DNA of 64,000 nt from an uncultured delta proteobacterium. Lineage in GTDB: Bacteria > Desulfobacterota > RBG-13-43-22. Under the pieces are notes generated by a model. It saw nothing but the letters and a program-made list of their open reading frames with translations. It ran no database searches and had not been told where the DNA came from. The stretch spans positions 1-64,000 of the forward strand of contig CAWJJC010000013.1 in assembly GCA_963843145.1 (NCBI GenBank), in the 5' to 3' direction. Positions 1 through 9,852 of the stretch are shown piece by piece. Positions within the stretch are counted from its first letter, which is position 1, and every line of letters starts with the position of its first letter. The translations under genes were made by a program, and so were the position numbers.

Positions 1-64
1 TCCTGGTATTGCTTAGCAGAGTCCCCCCCAAGGGACACCATAACCCAAAACCGAGGATTCTTCC

Positions 65-1276
65 ATGTGGCCATTTTTGATCGTTCTTCTCCTAATCATC
101 GGCGTTCTATTCGCTCTCTCGTATTTTCGGGGGAGGGAAAAGCCGAAATCCGATATTCTCCAAAAGGGAGGGGCGGATTTTCCAGGAGAACGCTCCGGGA
201 AAGAACTTCGGGTAGAGTCGGGCCAGGTCCTCCCCCCCGTCCCGGGCCGACTCCCCAGCGCGTCGGGGGTGCTGAATCCGGATCTGGCGGTTCCGGATCA
301 GGCCGAAGAACTGAAAAAGCGCCTCCACGCGGGCGTGACCTTAATTTTTTCAATCAAATCATCCTTGAATTATTCGGGAGGGGAGACCCTCCAAATGGAT
401 GAACTGGATCCCGAGGTCCGGAGCCTGGCCCTGGACCAAATCAGGAACCTAAAGGATTTCCGAAAAACGTATGATCTTTGCCGGGCACTGGATGACCCGG
501 ACAGCAGTATGTCCAACCTGGCCAAGATTATAGTTACCGACCCGATCCTGTCCGGCAAGATCCTTAAAATCGCTAATTCGGCCTATTTCGGTCTCCAGCA
601 AAAAGTGAATTCCATCGGCCAGGCTTTGATGTTTATTGGTTTGACCAACATCAAGAACCTCTTATATCAGGAAGGACTCCTCAAAACACTGAACCTCAAA
701 AACGACAGGCAAGACGCTTTCGTGGAATCCCTCTGGGAGCACTCCTTTTTGACCTCCATCAGCGCCTCCCACATTCAAAATTTATTTCCCGGGCTGGATA
801 AAGGAACGGTATTCACCTTGGGGTTGCTCCATGATGTGGGGAAATTTATTTTAAGACGGTTGCCGTTGAGGCCGGGGGAAGGGAATTTTCAGGAGATCTC
901 CTTCTCGGAATTATCCATCCGGGAAGAGGAGGCCTGCTTCGGGATCAACCATGCCCTGCTGGGCAGGATGGCTTTTGAGGAGTGGGCTTTTTCGGATCTG
1001 ATGATCAAAACGGTGGAAAGGCATCACACCCCGGGTCATGCGGAGTTGGAACGGTTGGGGTTGAGCAGCGACGAACTCAAATACTTACTGGTCCTGTTTC
1101 TATCGGACCAGGTGGCCAAACTTTTTGCCGAAAAAGGGCCGAACGACTCCTCTATTGCTTCTCTCGACCTTTCCTATCGTTCCCTGTTTCCAAAGAAAAA
1201 ATTACTGGACTTAATCCTCGACAGTTCTTTGTTCTCGGAAATAAAAAAAGCCAGAACGATAATGGGAAGTTCCTAA
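65..1276 (+). CDS. Membrane-anchored HDOD domain protein
   Basis: N-terminal hydrophobic helix; DPILSGKILKIANSAYFG and GLLHDVGK HDOD motifs; INHALLG. Confidence 0.9.
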   Translation: MWPFLIVLLLIIGVLFALSYFRGREKPKSDILQKGGADFPGERSGKELRVESGQVLPPVPGRLPSASGVLNPDLAVPDQAEELKKRLHAGVTLIFSIKSSLNYSGGETLQMDELDPEVRSLALDQIRNLKDFRKTYDLCRALDDPDSSMSNLAKIIVTDPILSGKILKIANSAYFGLQQKVNSIGQALMFIGLTNIKNLLYQEGLLKTLNLKNDRQDAFVESLWEHSFLTSISASHIQNLFPGLDKGTVFTLGLLHDVGKFILRRLPLRPGEGNFQEISFSELSIREEEACFGINHALLGRMAFEEWAFSDLMIKTVERHHTPGHAELERLGLSSDELKYLLVLFLSDQVAKLFAEKGPNDSSIASLDLSYRSLFPKKKLLDLILDSSLFSEIKKARTIMGSS

Positions 1277-1340
1277 CCGGAATCCTTAGATCCTCTTATC
1301 CGAGTATTCATCTTTAGCCAAAAATTTGAGAAATTTCTGG

Positions 1341-2312
1341 CTAGGTCTTACATTGATTGAGGTACCGATCCACTATCATCTCGGAAATAGAGTAAGGATC
1401 GGTTATTTTGTGGACCAGGCCTTCAAGGTACTGTTCCCACTGACCGGTCTTTTCCAAATAGACCATAATCGTCCGGATCACGTCCTGCTTGATGAGATCC
1501 AACAATTCCATTCGGGCCCGATCCATCTCGAATTGCGTCAGGACGGCCGGATCCTTTTTAAAGAGGAAGTCGCGGTGCGCCTCGATCCCGTCCATCAACT
1601 CGGTCACCCCCTCATTTCTCACGGCCTCGGTCTTGAAAATGGTCGGTGTCCAACCGCCTTTCACCTGCCGGTCCTTGTCCATTTCAATCATCATCATCAA
1701 TTCCTGACGGGTCTTATCGGCTCCTTCGCGATCGGCCTTGTTGATGACAAATACATCACCGGCTTCCAGGATACCGGCCTTGATGGCCTGAATATCGTCG
1801 CCCATACCGGGGATCAGGACGATCAGGGTGGTGTGGGCGGCCCGGACGATCTCCACTTCATCTTGCCCTACGCCTACCGTTTCCACCAGGACATAATCCT
1901 TCCCCATGGCATCCAGGACCGCGATGGCCCCACGGGTGGACGGGGTCAGCCCCCCGAAATGACCGCGGGTGGCCAGGCTGCGAATGAAGACCCCCTCGTC
2001 GGTGCTGTGGCGTTGCATACGGATCCGGTCCCCCAGGATGGCTCCGCCGCTGAAAGGACTGGTGGGATCCACCGCCAGCACGCCCACGGTTTTCCCCCGG
2101 ATCCGCAAATGCTGGATCATCCGGTCCACCAGGGTACTCTTGCCCACCCCCGGGGAACCGGTGATGCCGATGACATAGGCTTTTCCGGTGTGCGGATAGA
2201 GTTCCTTCAGAATTTCCCGGGCCTGGGGCATGTGGTCATCGATATCCCGAATCAGCCGGGCTACGGTGCGCATGTCCCCGGCCAGGATTTTTTCGGCCCA
2301 TTCACTGCTCAT
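1341..2312 (-). CDS. meaB: Acyl-CoA mutase-associated GTPase MeaB/ArgK
   Basis: [42 protein letters not shown] motifs; lies downstream of the mutase subunits. Confidence 0.95.
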   Translation of the reverse strand: MSSEWAEKILAGDMRTVARLIRDIDDHMPQAREILKELYPHTGKAYVIGITGSPGVGKSTLVDRMIQHLRIRGKTVGVLAVDPTSPFSGGAILGDRIRMQRHSTDEGVFIRSLATRGHFGGLTPSTRGAIAVLDAMGKDYVLVETVGVGQDEVEIVRAAHTTLIVLIPGMGDDIQAIKAGILEAGDVFVINKADREGADKTRQELMMMIEMDKDRQVKGGWTPTIFKTEAVRNEGVTELMDGIEAHRDFLFKKDPAVLTQFEMDRARMELLDLIKQDVIRTIMVYLEKTGQWEQYLEGLVHKITDPYSISEMIVDRYLNQCKT

Positions 2313-2713
2313 CGGGGTTTGACGTGGGCGCGGACCCAGTCCACGATGTGATCCAGGGTCTCGCCGGGAATAAAAATTTCCCGATAGCCAATGGCCTTCA
2401 GTTTCGGAACATCCTCTTCGGGGAAGATGCCGCCGCCGATCAGGGCGATATCCTCGGCCCCCTTTTCCTTGAGCAGTTCGGCGACCCGTTCAAAGAGGTA
2501 GAGGTGCGCTCCGGCCAGACTGGACAGGCCGATCAGATCCACATCCTCCTGGATGGCCGCCAGCACGATCTCCTCAGGGGTCTGGTGCAACCCGGTGTAG
2601 ACCACCTCAAACCCGGCATCCCGGAAAGTACGGGCGATGATCCGGGACCCACGGTCATGTCCGTCCAACCCCGGTTTCCCGACTAAGACACGCAATTTTC
2701 TCTCCCCTGCCAT
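2309..2713 (-). CDS. Cobalamin-binding small subunit of an acyl-CoA mutase (IcmB-like)
   Basis: [10 protein letters not shown] (DxHxxG) motif, SSLAGAH, GGGIFP. Confidence 0.93.
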   Translation of the reverse strand: MAGERKLRVLVGKPGLDGHDRGSRIIARTFRDAGFEVVYTGLHQTPEEIVLAAIQEDVDLIGLSSLAGAHLYLFERVAELLKEKGAEDIALIGGGIFPEEDVPKLKAIGYREIFIPGETLDHIVDWVRAHVKPR

Positions 2714-2751
2714 AGTTCCTCCCTAAAAAAGCTCAACCCTCTTCTGAGCTT

Positions 2752-2950
2752 AAATTCAAAACTCGAAATCCGAAATTCGAAACAATTTCAAATGACCAAA
2801 AATCAAAATTCAAAACCATAAGCCCCACAACCGAAGAGGGTCACCTGTAGGTAAATCCAATCCCCTGCCATGAGGGAAGTTGTTTCGATCATTCGAATTT
2901 TGAACATTGTTTATTGTTTCGAATTTCGAGCTTCGAATTTCGGATTTGTT
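2752..2950. repeat. Imperfect long inverted repeat built of heptad-like units
   Basis: Left arm aaatccgaaattcgaaacaa... mirrored by ttgtttcgaatttcgagcttcgaatttcggattt; intergenic. Confidence 0.7.
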
Positions 2951-2952
2951 TT

Positions 2953-4644
2953 TTAGAATATCCCCGGATCCCGATAAGTCCCGAACGCCTTCCGATAGAC
3001 GTCGCAGCATTCCTGAAGGGTGGCGTGTTCCTTGACCGTCTCAATCAAGGTCTCCATGACATTGCGGTTGTTCACGCAGTCCTCCCCCAGTTTGTCCAGG
3101 CATTCCCGGACCCTGGCGTTGTTCCGGTTGTTCTTGATCTCGTTGGTCCGGGCGATCTGAGCCTCTTCCAGGGCCGGATCGATCCGCAGCACCTCCGGCT
3201 TCAGGATATCCTGGGTTACATGCTGGTTAACCCCGACCATGATCTTTTCCTGTCGGTCCAGTTGGCGTTGGAACTGGTAAGCCGACTCGGCGATCTCCAT
3301 CTGCGGAAAGTGCCGATCCAGGGCCTCAACCATCCCCCCCAGCTCGTCAATCTTATGAATGTACTCCAGGGCCTTTTCCTCCATCTCGTTGGTCAGGGCC
3401 TCGATGAAATAGGAGCCGGCCAGGGGGTCGATGGTATTGATCACGCCGGATTCCTCAGCGATGATCTGCTGGGTGCGCAGGGCGATGGTGGCCGCCTGTT
3501 CGGTGGGCAGAGCCAGCACCTCATCCAGGGAGTTGGTGTGCAGGGACTGGGTGCCGCCCAAGACAGCGGAGAGTCCTTCGATGGTGGTGCGAATCACGTT
3601 ATTGTAGGGTTGCTGGGCGGTCAGAGAACAGCCCGCCGTCTGGGTGTGAAAGCGGAGCCACAGGGATCGCCAGTTCTGGGCCTTGAACCGTTCCTTCATG
3701 AAACGGGCCCACATTCGCCGGGCTGCTCGAAATTTGGCGATCTCTTCGAAGAAATCGATATGGGCGTCAAAGAAGAAAGACAACCGGGGAGCGAAGTCAT
3801 CCACCTTCAAGCCCCGCTTGATGGCGTCCTCCACATAGGCCAGCCCGTCGGCCAGGGTAAAGGCCAGTTCTTGAACCGCCGTGGCCCCTGCTTCCCGGAT
3901 ATGGTACCCGCTGATGCTGATGGTGTTCCAGCGGGGAACTTCTTTGGTCCCGAACTCCACCGTATCCGTCACCAGCCGCAGGGAAGGACGGATAGGACAC
4001 ATGAAAGTCTTCTGAGCCGCGAATTCCTTGAGCATATCATTCTGAATGGTTCCACCGATCTTGGTCCGGGGGATCCCCCGGTTTTCGGCCATGGCGATAT
4101 ACATGGCCCAGATGATCGAGGCCGGGGGATTGATCGTCATGGAGGTGGTGATGCGGTCGATGGGCAGTCCGTCAAACAGGATCTCCATATCCTTCAGGCT
4201 GTCGATGGCCACCCCGCATTTACCCATCTCGCCCCGGGCCTTGGGAGAATCGGTGTCGTAGCCCATCAGGGTGGGCATGTCAAAAGCCACGCTTAACCCG
4301 GTCTGCCCTTGTTCCACCAGGTAATGAAACCGCCGGTTGGTGTCTTCGGCCGAACCCAGTCCGGCAAACATGCGCATGGTCCAGAGCCGCCCCCGGTACA
4401 TGGACAACTGAACGCCCCGGGTATAGGGATAAAAGCAGGGATAGCCCAGGTCCTGCTCAAAATCCAGGTCCTTGATATCTTCCGGGGTGTAGATATTCTT
4501 GATTTCCAGGTCCGAGACGGTGGAAAACCGTTGTTTCCATTCCGGGCGCTTGGCCAGACGCTGGTCCAGCTCTTTTTGCCAGGCAACCTTCCCCTCTTCG
4601 GATTTTTGAATTTGATCGTCTTTAAACATCTTGGACATAACCAC
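2953..4644 (-). CDS. Acyl-CoA mutase large subunit (methylmalonyl-CoA mutase family; isobutyryl-CoA-mutase-like residues)
   Basis: YPYTRG, WTMRMFAG, GLSVAFD, GTIQNDMLKEFAAQ, ISISGYHIREAG, GGTQSLHTN motifs. Confidence 0.93.
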   Translation of the reverse strand: MVMSKMFKDDQIQKSEEGKVAWQKELDQRLAKRPEWKQRFSTVSDLEIKNIYTPEDIKDLDFEQDLGYPCFYPYTRGVQLSMYRGRLWTMRMFAGLGSAEDTNRRFHYLVEQGQTGLSVAFDMPTLMGYDTDSPKARGEMGKCGVAIDSLKDMEILFDGLPIDRITTSMTINPPASIIWAMYIAMAENRGIPRTKIGGTIQNDMLKEFAAQKTFMCPIRPSLRLVTDTVEFGTKEVPRWNTISISGYHIREAGATAVQELAFTLADGLAYVEDAIKRGLKVDDFAPRLSFFFDAHIDFFEEIAKFRAARRMWARFMKERFKAQNWRSLWLRFHTQTAGCSLTAQQPYNNVIRTTIEGLSAVLGGTQSLHTNSLDEVLALPTEQAATIALRTQQIIAEESGVINTIDPLAGSYFIEALTNEMEEKALEYIHKIDELGGMVEALDRHFPQMEIAESAYQFQRQLDRQEKIMVGVNQHVTQDILKPEVLRIDPALEEAQIARTNEIKNNRNNARVRECLDKLGEDCVNNRNVMETLIETVKEHATLQECCDVYRKAFGTYRDPGIF

Positions 4645-4749
4645 CTCTTTTCTATCCCACTCGATCCTGCCCCTGAATCAAAAAAGATATTTTAGCACTA
4701 AATCGGAACACCCTCAGTGTCAATCTTTTTTTCCGTTCAAATTTGGTTA

Positions 4750-4859
4750 TTCGCCCTTTTGGGTGGATGGCCAGAATATTTGACAGATTAACCTGAAATC
4801 AGGCCTCTGTGGCCGACGGCCAACCCAAATAGGCGAGCAATCCCACCCAAAGGGGCGAA
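4750..4859. repeat. 110-bp element with 17-bp terminal inverted repeats (structured RNA or MITE candidate)
   Basis: ttcgcccttttgggtgg (4750-4766) pairs with ccacccaaaggggcgaa (4843-4859), one mismatch. Confidence 0.55.
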
Positions 4860-5054
4860 AGGTCAATGCGGCTAATTTACCACGATTATTATTTTATTAG
4901 CAAGAATTTTAGGCGGTTCTGTATTTCCCGGGGTTCCTCGCAACCCCAAATGGTGGTTGACTTTTTAGAGGAGTAGCCCATAATTAAGCCATCCTCTAGG
5001 ACTCGGGTTCAAGTACCGGAACCCGTAATTCTCATCTTGAAACGGAGGCTTTCG

Positions 5055-5996
5055 ATGACTGCTGCCTATGACCTGATAATCTTGGGATCCGGGCCGGCGG
5101 GGCTGACCGCCGGGCTTTATGCCGGACGGGCCAGAGTGAGGACGCTCATCCTGGGGGAAACCCCCGGCGGCAATCCGGTGAATTATGAATATGTGGGCAA
5201 TTACCCGGGGTTTCCCGATGGGGTTTCCGGGGCCATGCTCATGATGAGCATGATCCGACAAGTGGACATTCTTGGGGTGGAGCGGGATCTCAAAAACGCC
5301 CTTAGGGTCACCGGGGCGGGAGAGGGGTTCCGGGTCTCCACGGAAGATCAGGAATACAGCGGCCGATCGCTGATTGTCGCTACCGGTTCCTCCCCCATCA
5401 GCATGGAGGTGCCCGGCGAGAAAGAATATCGGGGGAAGGGCATCTATTATTGCGCCCACTGCGACGCCCCGGTCTTCCAGGCCATGAAAAAGGCCAGGGC
5501 CAGTGTGATCGGCGGCGGAAATTCGGCTCTCCATGCCGCCTTGTACGTGTCCCGCTACGCCGAAGAGGTGACCGTTATTTACAAAGGAAGCCAGCTCCGG
5601 GCTGAACCATCCGTCCAGGAAGCGGCCGCGACCAATCCCAAGATCCACATCCTCCTGAACCGGGAAGTGCAAGGCGTTCAGGGCGAAAAAGAACAGGTCC
5701 GGTCCCTGCAACTCAAGGACAAGGAAACGGGAGAACAGCAGGTCTTCGAAACGGATGGGATCTTTGTCGGCATCGGCATGAAACCCAACTCCGAATTATT
5801 TGACGGCCTGCTGGACCTGGATGAAGAGGGTTTCATCAAGGTCAACCCGCGGCTGGAAACTTCCATCCCCGGAATTTTTGCCGCTGGAGACGTGATGGTC
5901 AAAACGTTACGGCAAATTATCACCGCCGCCGGGGACGGGGCCACCGCCGCCGATTCCGCCGTTAAATTTCTGGAAGGCGGAAGGCGGGGAAATTAG
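5055..5996 (+). CDS. trxB: Thioredoxin-disulfide reductase family flavoprotein
   Basis: GSGPAGLTA FAD motif, ATG, CAHC redox motif, GGGNSA, TSIPGIFAAGD; RBS ggagg upstream of ATG 5055. Confidence 0.88.
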   Translation: MTAAYDLIILGSGPAGLTAGLYAGRARVRTLILGETPGGNPVNYEYVGNYPGFPDGVSGAMLMMSMIRQVDILGVERDLKNALRVTGAGEGFRVSTEDQEYSGRSLIVATGSSPISMEVPGEKEYRGKGIYYCAHCDAPVFQAMKKARASVIGGGNSALHAALYVSRYAEEVTVIYKGSQLRAEPSVQEAAATNPKIHILLNREVQGVQGEKEQVRSLQLKDKETGEQQVFETDGIFVGIGMKPNSELFDGLLDLDEEGFIKVNPRLETSIPGIFAAGDVMVKTLRQIITAAGDGATAADSAVKFLEGGRRGN

Positions 5997-6038
5997 ACTA
6001 GAATCTTTAGCTGTTCAAACGAAAGGAGAAATCCGATT

Positions 6039-6482
6039 ATGAAGAAAATGCTATTTTTAGGAAGAACGTTGCTTTTTATCTTCACCGTTCTATCTTTTCC
6101 CCTGGCCGGAATAACCTTGGGAATTGCCCAGGCCCAGACGAAGCCGGCCGGCACAGTCGATTCTAATACACTGGGAACTGTTGCCAATTTTCAATGCATT
6201 ATCTCTAATATTGCCGCGGTGGAAGTCGATAGTAATATCATTACGGGCGAAAATCGCATTTACGTTCAGTGCGCCAACTCTCCGGGCGGAGGTCTTTTTT
6301 CTTTCGCCAGTGCGGTGGGGACCAATGGGGGGACGGCCAACCGGTACCTGGCGATACTGAATACCGCCGTGGCCCTGGGAAAAACCGTTTCTATTTTTTA
6401 TGATATTAATTCCATCAATAATCCGCTCGGTTGTCAATCGGCCGATTGCCGCAAATTAACCGGATTGGTGCTGGGGCCATGA
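6039..6482 (+). CDS. Secreted hypothetical protein with four Cys
   Basis: RBS aaggag; signal peptide ending AQA; C-terminal GCQSADCR. Confidence 0.7.
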   Translation: MKKMLFLGRTLLFIFTVLSFPLAGITLGIAQAQTKPAGTVDSNTLGTVANFQCIISNIAAVEVDSNIITGENRIYVQCANSPGGGLFSFASAVGTNGGTANRYLAILNTAVALGKTVSIFYDINSINNPLGCQSADCRKLTGLVLGP

Positions 6483-6709
6483 AACGATTAAAGAGTAAAT
6501 TTGCCTTTCTGATTTTACTCGGCTTTTTAGCCGCCAACCTCCTGGCGGCAAACCCGGGATGGACAGCGGATAACGATCCCCAACGCCTATCCGCCCTGCC
6601 AGCGTTTATATTTATTCCCCTGATTCGAAACAGCTTCCTGGTACCCACTCCGGTGCAAAAGGCAGCGATTCAGGGGGCCGATATGCTGCTGTTGGAGACC
6701 GACGAGTGA
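6479..6709 (+). CDS. Small exported protein (76 aa) with FIPLIRN motif
   Basis: ATGA overlap with upstream gene; MKRLKSKFAFLILLGFLAA signal peptide. Confidence 0.55.
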   Translation: MKRLKSKFAFLILLGFLAANLLAANPGWTADNDPQRLSALPAFIFIPLIRNSFLVPTPVQKAAIQGADMLLLETDE

Positions 6710-6848
6710 TCGTGAATTTATCCATCTCAGACGGTTGAGGCGGACTTATCAAGTCCGGCAGGAAGGTAAATAGCCAGAGGCCAACGTCAGGGACCGGCTA
6801 AGTTCAGAGGCTCTGGATCCCGAATCGGGGGATGGCGACCAAAAACAA

Positions 6849-7694
6849 CTACGGCCGAGGTTCGAGTTGTCCGGCTAGCCACTTTTCCACATCGCTCAAT
6901 ACCCGGTCATGTTCCGGTTCATTGAAGACTTCGTGGTAAAGGCCCTCGTAAACCTTGAGAGTTTTATCGTCCGAGCCGGCCCGGTCAAATAACATTTGGG
7001 CTCCTCCAGGGTCCACCAGTCTGTCCGCCGCGCCCTGCAGTATCAAGAGCGGCAGGCGGATCTTTTGAGCCTCAACCAAAACCCGTTCCATGGTCTTGAG
7101 CAGTTCGCTCCCCATCCGGGCCGTGACCTTCCCGGTAAATACCAGGGGGTCGCTGCGATACGCCCGGACCACGGCCGGATCCCGGCTCACCCCTTCCGCC
7201 TCCAGCCGGACCAGCCCCAACCTCGGCAGGAGAGCTGAAAGGATTTTACCGGCAATTAACGTCAGGGTCGAGACCGAGCCGGGCATTTTGACGCTCGGGG
7301 CGGAAAGAACGGCCCCGGCCGCTTCCTCCGGCTGATCAAGCAGGTAAGCCGCGCTGATCAGCCCTCCCAGGCTGTGGCCTATCAGAAAGATTGGGATCTC
7401 GGGTTGCCAATCCCTTATCCGGCCGAGGAAAACCTTAAGCGGATCCAGAAAATCCTGAAACCGTTCCACGAAAACCCTGGGGCCTTCCGAACGACCGTGC
7501 CCCAGATGATCGAGGCCATAAACGGCATACCCCCGCGGGACAAAATGGTTGACCACATTCCCGTATCGCCCGCTGTGCTCGGCTAACCCGTGAACGATCA
7601 GCAGCACGGCGACGGAGCGTCCTTCCGGCAACCAGCTCTGGTAATAAAGGCTGGCCCCCTGAACCCCTTTAAAATATCCTTCCTGGTGATTCAT
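6849..7694 (-). CDS. Alpha/beta hydrolase, lysophospholipase/monoacylglycerol lipase family
   Basis: HGLAEH, DHLGHGRS, GHSLG nucleophile, HEVFNE. Confidence 0.92.
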   Translation of the reverse strand: MNHQEGYFKGVQGASLYYQSWLPEGRSVAVLLIVHGLAEHSGRYGNVVNHFVPRGYAVYGLDHLGHGRSEGPRVFVERFQDFLDPLKVFLGRIRDWQPEIPIFLIGHSLGGLISAAYLLDQPEEAAGAVLSAPSVKMPGSVSTLTLIAGKILSALLPRLGLVRLEAEGVSRDPAVVRAYRSDPLVFTGKVTARMGSELLKTMERVLVEAQKIRLPLLILQGAADRLVDPGGAQMLFDRAGSDDKTLKVYEGLYHEVFNEPEHDRVLSDVEKWLAGQLEPRP

Positions 7695-7707
7695 TCTTCT
7701 TCCCCGT

Positions 7708-9078
7708 TCAAATGAATTTTTTCCCCCCGAGACCGGGGCTCAACCGGCCATCAGGACTGCCCGTCTCGGAAGCGAAGGGGCGAACCGGCGGTCGGGCAAA
7801 AAAGACCGCCACCATGGCCAATAGGCTGGCCGCGGCAAAAATGGTAAAAGCAATCCGATAATCCCGGGTGGCATCATAAATGAGGCCGGCGATGACCGGG
7901 CCGAGGGCCGCCCCCGAAGAGGAAAACAAACCGGCCAAACCCGTTATCATGCCGAAGGAGACCAGCCCGAAACATTCGCCGATAAGCAACGGCTGCAGCA
8001 TAACAATTCCGCCCATGGTTAAACCAAAAGCCAAGGTCCCGAGGTAGAGGACCCCCAGCGAACGGAAATAGGCCATAGAAAGGACAGCCCCGGCCTGGAT
8101 AAAAAAACAGACCATGGCCAGAAAGCGCTTGTCGGAGCGGTCGGCGATCGATCCCAGGAACAAGCGGCCGATGATGCTGGCGCCGGCCGTGACGCTGACC
8201 GCCAAAGCCGCGCCCCTCGGCCCCAGGGTCTGGCTCAGAAACGACACCTGGTGGACTAAAAAGGCGATCTGACCGCTCAGGGCCAGCATAAACGCCGTGA
8301 CGATAGCCCAAAAAGCGGCACTCCGCAGGGCCTCAGCCCGGGTCCAGACCCGCCACTGAGAGGCATAGCGGGTTCGGATGCCCGGTTTCCCCCTGCTTAC
8401 GGGCGTTGGAGTCGATCCGTCCGGGACCTGGCCCACATGGGAGGGTCGCTGTTTAATGACCCAGATCGCGGTCGGTATGATCACCAGACAGTAGACGGCC
8501 CCCAGGATCGGCAAGGTCACCCGAAGTCCCCAATGGAAGACGAGATAGGCCGCCAGAGGCACGAGGACCATTCCCCCCAGGCTCAATCCGGTCATGGTCA
8601 GACTCATAGCCAATCCCCGCTTGCGGATAAACCAGTTGGCGATCAGCGTTCCTACGGGGATAAGGGAGGTGCCGCTCCAACCCAAGGCCATAATGAAATA
8701 AACGGCGTAGAACTGCCAAAGCTGCGTCACCCGGCTTAAGAGCAGAAAACCGATTCCCATAGTCACCGAGCCGAGGATCAAAACGGGTTTGGGTCCGTAG
8801 CTGTCAATAAAGCGCCCCATCAGCATGCCCATGACCCCGGCGGTGAAAAAATACAGGCTGACCGCGGAAGAAATGACTCCCTTGGACCAGCCGTACCGTT
8901 CTCGCAACGGATCCAGGATAACACCGTGACCGTAAAAACCGATACCCGAAGAGACGAAGAGGATGGCCGTGCACCCCAGCACGATCCACCAGCCGTAAAA
9001 GTCCTGGGGATGAGGGCCGGGTACCTTTTCGGTTTGTTCGACAGCCGGGGAATTAGACTCAGACAGGGGTTCCTTCAT
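7708..9078 (-). CDS. MFS transporter
   Basis: About 12 hydrophobic helices; GRFIDSYGPK motif A; WFIRKRGLA. Confidence 0.92.
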   Translation of the reverse strand: MKEPLSESNSPAVEQTEKVPGPHPQDFYGWWIVLGCTAILFVSSGIGFYGHGVILDPLRERYGWSKGVISSAVSLYFFTAGVMGMLMGRFIDSYGPKPVLILGSVTMGIGFLLLSRVTQLWQFYAVYFIMALGWSGTSLIPVGTLIANWFIRKRGLAMSLTMTGLSLGGMVLVPLAAYLVFHWGLRVTLPILGAVYCLVIIPTAIWVIKQRPSHVGQVPDGSTPTPVSRGKPGIRTRYASQWRVWTRAEALRSAAFWAIVTAFMLALSGQIAFLVHQVSFLSQTLGPRGAALAVSVTAGASIIGRLFLGSIADRSDKRFLAMVCFFIQAGAVLSMAYFRSLGVLYLGTLAFGLTMGGIVMLQPLLIGECFGLVSFGMITGLAGLFSSSGAALGPVIAGLIYDATRDYRIAFTIFAAASLLAMVAVFFARPPVRPFASETGSPDGRLSPGLGGKKFI

Positions 9079-9082
9079 AAAA

Positions 9083-9799
9083 TCATCTAAGGTCCATAAG
9101 CCCGCCTTTCACCGTCCGAACGATGGCTTCGGCCAGGACCTGGGAGGCATCGAAGATCCCGGCCTTCATCTTGAGGTCCTCCGCTATCACCGAGAGTTCC
9201 GTACAGGCGATGATCAGGGCTTCAGCCCCCTGATCCAGCAGATCCCGTCCCGCCTCCTCGAGCGCTTCCCTTTCCGGCGCCCCATGCTGGCCCGTTTTGA
9301 TCCGGCGGATAACGGTCAGCAGCCGATCCTGGAGCGCAGCGGAGGGGTGGGAAAGAGCGACTCCTTTTTTCGCAAAGGCGGCTTCATAAAGACCCGGTCG
9401 GATCACGGTCCAAGAGGCCAGCAAACCGGCTTTCCGGATAGCGGGGTTTTCCGAAACCACGTGGTCGACCGTGAGGTCAATCATGTTAAGCAGCGGGATG
9501 GGAACGGCCTCCTGGATCCGTTCAAAATAGAGATGGGCCGTATTGCAGGCGATAACCAGGAAATCCGCCCCCCAGGCCGCCAGGTCTTTGGCCATGGTCA
9601 CCAGACAGGGAGACGGGTCTTCTCCGCTGCCTTCCAGGATAGCCTTCATCCGGGAAGGGACCTTGGGATTGCAGTCCACGAGCATGCGAATATGGTCCTG
9701 GTCGTCCCCGGCCGGGGTGGCCCGGATGACCCGCCTCATCAGGTCCACGGTGGCCTCCGGTCCCAAGCCCCCGATGATGCCCACGATCTTCTCTTTCAT
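9083..9799 (-). CDS. PLP-independent amino-acid racemase (Asp/Glu racemase family; possible cysteate racemase)
   Basis: GIIGGLGPEAT, DQDH, IACNTAH and ACTEL catalytic Cys motifs. Confidence 0.9.
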   Translation of the reverse strand: MKEKIVGIIGGLGPEATVDLMRRVIRATPAGDDQDHIRMLVDCNPKVPSRMKAILEGSGEDPSPCLVTMAKDLAAWGADFLVIACNTAHLYFERIQEAVPIPLLNMIDLTVDHVVSENPAIRKAGLLASWTVIRPGLYEAAFAKKGVALSHPSAALQDRLLTVIRRIKTGQHGAPEREALEEAGRDLLDQGAEALIIACTELSVIAEDLKMKAGIFDASQVLAEAIVRTVKGGLMDLR

Positions 9800-9852
9800 C
9801 CCTTGCCCCGCCCCCTCTTTGCGTCCTTTGCGCCTTTGCGGTGAAAAAGCCC

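Noticed and set aside
1326-4296. Long plus-strand ORFs (341, 460 aa) and similar antisense ORFs elsewhere (22818, 54401, 52819)
   Set aside because: Shadows of well-supported genes on the opposite strand in GC-rich DNA; no recognisable motifs.
9815-9845. ctttgcg short tandem repeat (also purine-rich heptads near 46300 and 57520)
   Set aside because: Short intergenic repeat remnants with no associated gene or partner arm.
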